Assembly: GCA_043750125.1 (NCBI GenBank)
Contig: JAYVCD010000155.1
Span: 1 to 14,536, forward strand
Length of the DNA: 14,536 nt
Source of the DNA: Archangiaceae bacterium
GTDB lineage: Bacteria > Myxococcota > Myxococcia > Myxococcales > Myxococcaceae
Direction: 5' to 3'
The translations under genes and the position numbers were made by a program. Below are positions 1-9,520 of the stretch, one piece after another; position 1 is the stretch's first letter, and each line of letters begins with the position of its first letter. Under the pieces are notes generated by a model. The model saw only the letters and a list, made by a program, of their open reading frames with translations. It was not told the origin of the DNA and did no database searches.

Positions 1-3725
<3,725 letters not shown>

Positions 3726-3733
<8 letters not shown>

Positions 3734-6700
3734 CTTTGCCCCCGCTGACTCGAGCCTTGAGTCGCGATTGCCCCAGCCGCTGGGCCGATTCACGCCGGGC
3801 CTGGCCGCGCCCGGTCGATTGCTCGAGCCGCCCGGTCGGGGGCGGAACCGCGCCTTGTTCCAGCCGTTCGGCCAGCGCCCGAATCGAGGGGTAGGTGAAG
3901 AGGTCGACCAGTGACACTTCGCGCCCGAGCGAGGAATGAAGCTCGGCTTGCAGCCGAATCAGCATCAAGGAATGGCCGCCGAGGTCGAAGAAGCTCTCGG
4001 TGACTCCGACTTCGGGCAGACCGAGCAGGCCGCTCCACAGAGTGCACAGGGTGCGTTCGAGCGCGGTCGCCGGCGCCTCGCGAACGACGCCCTGGGTCGC
4101 GCGCGCTTCGCTGGGGCTGGGCAAGGCCGCGCGATCGACTTTGCCGTTCGCCGTCAGCGGGAACGCTTCGAGCGGGACGAGGTGGGCGGGCACCATGAAG
4201 CCGGGAAGCCGCTCGCGCAGAAACGCTCGCAGCGCAGTGAGGTCGATCGGCTGCCCGGCCGAGGTGAGGTACGCGACCAGCTCTTTCTCCTCGCTGGCGG
4301 TGGCGCGGGCAATGACCAGTGTCTGCCGCACGGACGGATGCTCGCTGAGCACCTGTTCGATCTCGCGCGGCTCGACGCGCATCCCCCGAATCTTCACCTG
4401 AAAATCCACCCGGCCGAGGATCTCGAGCGCGCCGTCGGGACGAAACCGACCGCGGTCACCGGTGAAGTAGATGAGGTCGGTCGGGTCCTGACGAAACGGG
4501 TTGGGGACGAACCGGCGCGCATCCTCTTCCGAGCCGCCGAGGTAGCCCAGGCTGCGGAAGGGAGTGCGGATCACGATTTCTCCGACCTCGCCGATTCCGG
4601 TGCGCTGGCGGTTCTTGTCGAGCACCAGCGCCTGGGCGTTGGGGAGCGCCCGTCCGACCGGCTGGACTCCGACGGCCGGCTCTGGGGGCACTTCGAAGAA
4701 GCACTTCGCGAGCGTCGTCTCGGTCGGGCCGTAGAGGTTTCCGACCGCACCGCTGGCCGGAAACGCTTCGCGCCAGCGTCGGACCAGGGCGTGGTTCAGC
4801 GGCTCGCCGGCGAACAGCACCCAGCGCAGCGCGCGCAAAGAGACCTCGGGTGCACGGGTCAGCCCGCCGAGCCAGGTCTGCGCGACGGCCGGCACGGTGT
4901 GGAGCAAGGAAATTTTCTGACGCTCCAGCCAGCCCAGCAGCGGGCCCGGCCCCAGCTCGAGCTGTTCGTCGGGCAGGCACAGCGTCGCCCCGCTCACCAG
5001 CGGCAGGAAGATGTCGCGCAGAACCACGTCGAAGGACAGCCCGGTGAGCTGAGCCACCCGGTCGCCCGGGCCCACCTGAAGTTGGTCGCGTTCCCACCCG
5101 ACGAAGTGCGCCAGCCCCTTGTGGCAACCGCGCACGCCTTTGGGCTGGCCCGTCGTGCCAGAGGTGAAGAAGAGGTAGGCGGGGTCCTCGGGACGCAGCG
5201 GGGGCGTCGGGGTGTCGACGGCTTTGATGGAGCCATTGGGCTGGCCCGACGCGGGGTCCACCTCGAGCACCGCCCGGTCCTTCTCGAGCTCGGCGATCGA
5301 CTCTGCGCCACAACGCAGCACCCAGCGCGCTTGCGCCAATGAGACCATCTGAAGCTGTCGGCGCAGGGGCAGCTGACGATCGAGCGTGAGCAACACCCCA
5401 CCACTGCGCAGCACGCCCACGATCGACGCGATGAGGCCGAAGCTCGGGGGGCCGAGTACCGCCACAGCGTCCCCGGGTTTCAGCCCCCTTTCGCAGAGGA
5501 CCGCGGCGGTCGCGCGCGCCGCGGTGTCCAGCTGCGCATAGGTCCACGACCGTTCGCCCTGACAGATGCTGGGCAGCAGCGGGGCCTTCTTCGCCCAGTC
5601 GGAAATCTGCTCGGTCACCGGGAACAGCACCGGCTCGTCGAGGGCGACCGCGGGGTCTGCGAGGACGGACCGGGCAGAATCGGTGAGCAGGCTCAATGCG
5701 CCGATTGGAAGCTGAGGCGACTTCGCGACCTGCTCGAGGACCAGCCGAAACTGCTCACCCAGCTCGCGCATCCGCTCGGCCGAATACAACGAGCGCTGGT
5801 AGGCCAACCGCAGCACGACCGCCCCGTCGCGCTCTTCGGCGTAGACGGTCAGCGGCAGCTTGGTGTCGGTTTCGGGAAGCTCGAGCGGAACGAAGGTCAG
5901 CCCCTGGCCCTGCATCGCCGACTGCGGGGTGTTCACCAGGTTGAACATCACCTGGTAGAGCGGATTGCGGTGGAGGTTGCGATCGGGCCGCAGCTCTTCG
6001 ACCAGCTTTTCGAACGGCAGCTCCTGGTGCGCGTAGGCGTCGACACAGGTGCGCTTCACCTGGGCCAACAACGCGCAAAAGGTGGGGTCGCCCTGCAGCG
6101 AAGTGCGCAGCACCAGGGTGTTGAGGAACAGGCCAATCAACGGCTCGGTCTGGGCGTGGCTGCGGCCCGCGACGGGAGTGCCCACCCGAATGTCTTCTTG
6201 CCCCGACCATCGCCCGAGCACGATTTTGAACGCGGCGAGCAAGGTCATGAACAGCGTCGCGCTTTCCCGTTCACCCAGGGCTTTGAGGGCTGAGGTCAGC
6301 GCTGCGCTCAAACGAACGGTGTGGGTGCCACCCGCGATCGACCGTTCGGCCGAGCCGTCGGTGGGCAGCTCGAGCTCGGGCACCGCCCCGCCCAGCTGCT
6401 GCTTCCAATACGCCCGCTCTTTCTCGAGCGCAGGCCCAGCCAGCCGGCCCCGCTGCCAGAGGGCGAAGTCGGCATACTGAATCGAGAGCACGGGAAGGAC
6501 CGGGCTGCGACCGCCCACGCAAGCGTCGTAGAGCTCGCCCAGCTCCTGCACCAGTACCGCCGTCGACCAGCCGTCGCAAACGATGTGATGAATCGAGAAC
6601 AACAGCACGTGCTGAAGATCGGCCAACCGAATCAGGGTGGCCCGAACCAACGGCCCGGCGGCGAGATCGAACGGGGCACGGGCGTCGTCGGCGATTCGAC

Positions 6701-7085
6701 GGGCGATTTGTCCCTGCACCTCGGAACCGTCGAGCGCCACCGCAGTCAATGGCAACGCGCCGACCGCGGCGATCTGCTGCATCAACTGCCCGTCCACCGG
6801 AACGAACGTGGTCCTCAAGATCTCGTGGCGCTCCACCAACTCGGTGAGCGCTTGCTTCAAGGCCACAAGATCCAGCGGCCCGTCGAGGCGAAGCGCGGCA
6901 GGCAGGTTGTACGCCGAGCTGTCGGGCGTCAACTGCTGCAGAAACCAGATGCGCTGCTGAGCGAATGACGCGGGCGTGGAGCCCACCGACCGGCGCGGAA
7001 TCGAAAGCACGGCCGAGGCGGTGATGCCCCGGTCCTTGAGCATTCGGTTGAACAGCTCACGCCGAAGGTCGGACGAGGCGATCAT
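3726..7085 (-). CDS. Single-module NRPS, C-A-T, 1119 aa
   Basis: C domain: SFAQQRIWFL, HHIVCDGWS (~6570-6590), HQELPFEKLV. A domain: YLFFTSGTTGQPKG, FAGE, NLYGPTE, FTGD, GRVDFQVKIRG, NGKVDR. T domain: FFDLGGHSL. Start placed at ATG 7085, which overlaps the dioxygenase TGA (ATGA); the longer track start at 7373 lies inside the dioxygenase gene. Confidence 0.96.
7027..7046. repeat. 20-nt exact repeat in the NRPS 5' end (encodes RMLKDRG)
   Basis: CCCCGGTCCTTGAGCATTCG, identical to 9123-9142 and in the same codon register (codons 14-20 of both genes). Confidence 0.92.
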
Positions 7086-7891
7086 CCGCGCGCCGAAATT
7101 GCCAGGGGCGAGAAGTCGCGACCGCACAAGAAGTCGGGCCGGGGCCGCTCGACCGCCACCGGAGTGTTCTGCACGCTGTTGTAGGTAATCAGCGCCAGCA
7201 CCCGGTCGAACGGCGAGAGGTTCGGCGAGGACGAGTGGCACAGGTTGCAATGGAAAAAGAGCAGCGAGCCCGGCGGCCCCTTGGGCGCGACGATTCCGGT
7301 GCTCTTCACCAGCCGCGAGATGGTCGGCTTGTCCAACGAGTACTTGAGGTCGGCGGTGAGGTTCGAAATCCACGAAGGGTTGTCGCGGTACTCGGCCGGA
7401 ATCTCGTCCTTGGCGGGCACGTCGATCACGCCCTCTTTGTGCGAGCCGGGAATCAACAGCAGCGGCCCGTTGAACTCGGTCACCTCATCGAGGAAGACCA
7501 CCGCATTGGTCATGCGCGGCTGCAGCGTTCCGTCTTCCTTGAGCCAGAACACGTAGTCCTGGTGCCATTCCCAAACGTCACCTTGCAGCCCGAGCTTCGC
7601 GTTGATCTTGAACTGGTGGATGTAGACCGGGCTGCCGATGATCTGCATCGCGGGCCCGACGAGGGCGTCGTTGACGCCCAGCGAGTTGAAGACCGGGTTG
7701 GTCAGATGAGAGCCGTAGACCGAACGAACGGTCTTTCCGTCTTTCTCCAGAATTCGTCGGGGAGACTCTTCGGCGAACGTGGTCGGCAGCTCGGCCTGCA
7801 AGCGCGCCACTTCGTCCCGAGAAAAATAGCCGGGCAGAAAGAGGAAGCCTTCGTTCTCGTACTGCTCGAGCTGGGTCGGTGTGAGTTCCAT
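7082..7891 (-). CDS. Fe(II)/2-oxoglutarate dioxygenase, PhyH/EctD superfamily, L-proline trans-4-hydroxylase-like, 269 aa
   Basis: HxD motif in WEWHQDY, distal His in NLCHSS, 2OG-binding Arg (DRVL), VYIHQFKINAK and NGPLLLIPGSH. From memory it closely follows the Dactylosporangium proline trans-4-hydroxylase (LEKDGxTVR, HQFKINAK, GDVWxWHQDYxFWxxEDG, RPxFL). GAGG SD at 7897-7900 supports ATG 7891. Confidence 0.9.
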   Translation of the reverse strand: MELTPTQLEQYENEGFLFLPGYFSRDEVARLQAELPTTFAEESPRRILEKDGKTVRSVYGSHLTNPVFNSLGVNDALVGPAMQIIGSPVYIHQFKINAKLGLQGDVWEWHQDYVFWLKEDGTLQPRMTNAVVFLDEVTEFNGPLLLIPGSHKEGVIDVPAKDEIPAEYRDNPSWISNLTADLKYSLDKPTISRLVKSTGIVAPKGPPGSLLFFHCNLCHSSSPNLSPFDRVLALITYNSVQNTPVAVERPRPDFLCGRDFSPLAISARG

Positions 7892-7968
7892 CGGAACCTC
7901 TAAGTGCACGCACGGAAAGAAACGTTCAACTGGGACAAAATCCTCAGGGTGGGACTGCCGACCTCAGG
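7870..7968. repeat. Direct repeat copy 1 (~99 bp): intergenic leader plus first 7 codons of the dioxygenase
   Basis: About 81/99 positions identical to 9160-9256 by manual alignment with one 2-nt gap. Includes exact blocks GTGAGTTCCATCGGAAC and GTGGGACTGCCGACCTCAGG. Confidence 0.93.
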
Positions 7969-9181
7969 TCGCGCGGGCCGAAAACTTCGACAGCGGCTGG
8001 CGCAGGGTTGCGCCGCAGAGCGCGGCGGCGTCTTCGGCGGTGATCGGGTTTGGCGCTGCGACGCCGAGCACGGCACACAGGGCGCGATCGCTGGTGGAGT
8101 ACGCGTCGAGGTGCGCGTCTTCAAAGGCCGGATAGTCCGCCCACTGCGAACCCAACGCGGGCAGGTGCGCACGGGCACGGGCGCGGACCTCTTTGAGCAC
8201 GAGGTTGACCAGCGGCTTCGCAAGCCCGTCCAGCGACCGGCTCACGTCGGCCACTTGTCCCGTCTGCCGCTGCCGCAGCTCGTGCTCGACCTGGGCCAGA
8301 TGCAGGCGTTGGGGTCCGCGCGGGGCGCGACGGGAGATCCCCGAATGGCGAGCGCCCAGCATGAAGGACGTGTGGGCCAGCATCAGCTCGGTCGTCTCGA
8401 TTCCGAACCGGTAGTAGTCGTCGAAGCTCGGAATGATTTCTGCCAGCGGCGATGGCTCCGTCGCAGGCGGCGGCGCGAGCAGCACCTCGAGCACCGAAAG
8501 AATCAGCCCGGGAGGGCCCGCGCAAACCTCGACCAGGCCGATCAGCTCCTTGCCCTTGTTGATCGACGCGTACAGCGTGTCCGCCGTGGGCAGGCGCCAC
8601 GAGACAGGCACCAGCCAGCGCGCACCCGGCAGCCGACGGATCAAGCCGGCACTGATCGCGCGCGTGCCCACCGAGCTGGTCACCCCGAGCAACACTTTGT
8701 AGACGGCCGCGATCAGCACCGGCATCGCGCCGTCAGCGACCGGCTCGACCCGCCGCGATGCGAGAAACACCGGCAGCGCAAGACCGAGCTGCGCGATGCG
8801 CCAGAGGTCGAAGAAGTCGAGCCTCGTGCGCCCTTCTCGCCGCGCGTATTCGGCCGACAGCAACCCGATCGTCGACTTCACCTCGGACCACGACCGGGTC
8901 ATCTGCTTCAGCGCCGATGTGTTCATCGGCAGCGCGTGCTCGTTCCGGCTGTCGTGGTACGGGCAGCGCTTCAGCTCTGATTTCACCTGGGCGTACAAGT
9001 CGGGCGTGCGCTGCTCACCCAACGGGCGACCGTCGGTGTCCCGGTACCGGGCGATGCCATTGCCCAGAATCAAACGGGCGGGCGAGACGCGGGCCGCTGA
9101 AGAAGCTGCCGAAGGTCCAATTCCCCGGTCCTTGAGCATTCGCTTGTAGAGGGCCGATCGCTGGGTCGAAGTGAGTTCCAT
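7964..9181 (-). CDS. Uncharacterised 405-aa protein, first gene of the cluster, with an NRPS-like N-terminal peptide
   Basis: Long ORF co-oriented with the cluster that fills the gap exactly and has protein-like composition. Motif-like segments RDxDGRPxGE, CPYHDSR, PMNxSALxQ and LIGxxEVCAGP. Family not recognised. Confidence 0.8.
   Translation of the reverse strand: MELTSTQRSALYKRMLKDRGIGPSAASSAARVSPARLILGNGIARYRDTDGRPLGEQRTPDLYAQVKSELKRCPYHDSRNEHALPMNTSALKQMTRSWSEVKSTIGLLSAEYARREGRTRLDFFDLWRIAQLGLALPVFLASRRVEPVADGAMPVLIAAVYKVLLGVTSSVGTRAISAGLIRRLPGARWLVPVSWRLPTADTLYASINKGKELIGLVEVCAGPPGLILSVLEVLLAPPPATEPSPLAEIIPSFDDYYRFGIETTELMLAHTSFMLGARHSGISRRAPRGPQRLHLAQVEHELRQRQTGQVADVSRSLDGLAKPLVNLVLKEVRARARAHLPALGSQWADYPAFEDAHLDAYSTSDRALCAVLGVAAPNPITAEDAAALCGATLRQPLSKFSARAT
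9123..9142. repeat. 20-nt exact repeat in the 5' end of the 405-aa gene (encodes RMLKDRG)
   Basis: Identical to 7027-7046. Confidence 0.92.
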
Positions 9182-9256
9182 CGGAACTTCTCAGTGCACG
9201 CGTCAGAAAAAACGGTCAACTGGGACCCCACCCCCAGTGGGACTGCCGACCTCAGG
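9160..9256. repeat. Direct repeat copy 2 (~97 bp): leader plus first 7 codons of the 405-aa gene
   Basis: Matches 7870-7968. Encodes MELTSTQ versus MELTPTQ; the SD position reads GAAG instead of GAGG. Confidence 0.93.
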
Positions 9257-9268
9257 CGCTGTCGGCTT

Positions 9269-9284
9269 GTGCGGTGAACCGCAC
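9269..9284. promoter_or_regulatory. Inverted repeat GTGCGGT-GA-ACCGCAC in the divergent intergenic region; possible operator or hairpin
   Basis: Perfect 7-bp arms. Function is inferred from position only. Confidence 0.35.
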
Positions 9285-9314
9285 CGCGGCCTCAAACGGC
9301 GCTCAGCTCGGACT

Positions 9315-9335
9315 CGTGACGTCTCTTCCGTCACG
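9315..9335. promoter_or_regulatory. Inverted repeat CGTGACG-N7-CGTCACG in the divergent intergenic region
   Basis: Perfect 7-bp arms with a 7-nt spacer. Function is inferred from position only. Confidence 0.35.
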
Positions 9336-9422
9336 TCGCTCCTTGTTTGCAGCTTGCGGTCCGAGCGCGAACTTCTGAACTGCCGTAATAGGGTCCGTTC
9401 TTCGTTTGCCGGGGGTCTGGAG

Positions 9423-9520
9423 ATGGGGATTTTTGGTTCGCTGTTTGGCCGAACGGCCTCGCAGTTCAAGAAGGAAGCCGAGCGCGTGTTTCAGCAGGCC
9501 AATGACCTGCGCCACCGGGA
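9423..9520 (+). other. Probable true N-terminal segment of the downstream gene, out of frame (MGIFGSLFGRTASQFKKEAERVFQQANDL)
   Basis: TASQFKKEAERVF resembles TREQFAAEAQAVL, the start of the second repeat unit of the 762-aa ORF. The 762-aa frame is closed upstream by TGA at 9503-9505. Confidence 0.6.

Noticed and set aside
3936-6968. Plus-strand ORFs of 468, 215 and 143 aa, and alternate-frame minus ORFs within the NRPS
   Set aside because: Shadow frames of a clear NRPS gene with no recognisable motifs.
7086-7373. 96-aa N-terminal extension of the NRPS in the ORF track
   Set aside because: It overlaps the dioxygenase in another frame. ATG 7085 gives an ATGA coupling and aligns Met-to-Met with the 405-aa protein.
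7082-7891. Calling the dioxygenase ectD
   Set aside because: No ectABC genes are visible, and the motif is WEWHQDYVFW rather than the EctD-type WHSDFETWH.
7904-8980. 358-aa plus-strand ORF
   Set aside because: Antisense to the 405-aa gene with low-complexity Arg-rich composition. The minus ORF fits the operon and has the duplicated leader.
7870-9256. The repeats as a CRISPR array, IS ends or integron attC sites
   Set aside because: Only two diverged direct copies that include coding starts. There are no spacers, terminal inverted repeats, transposase, integrase or attC-like core-site structure.
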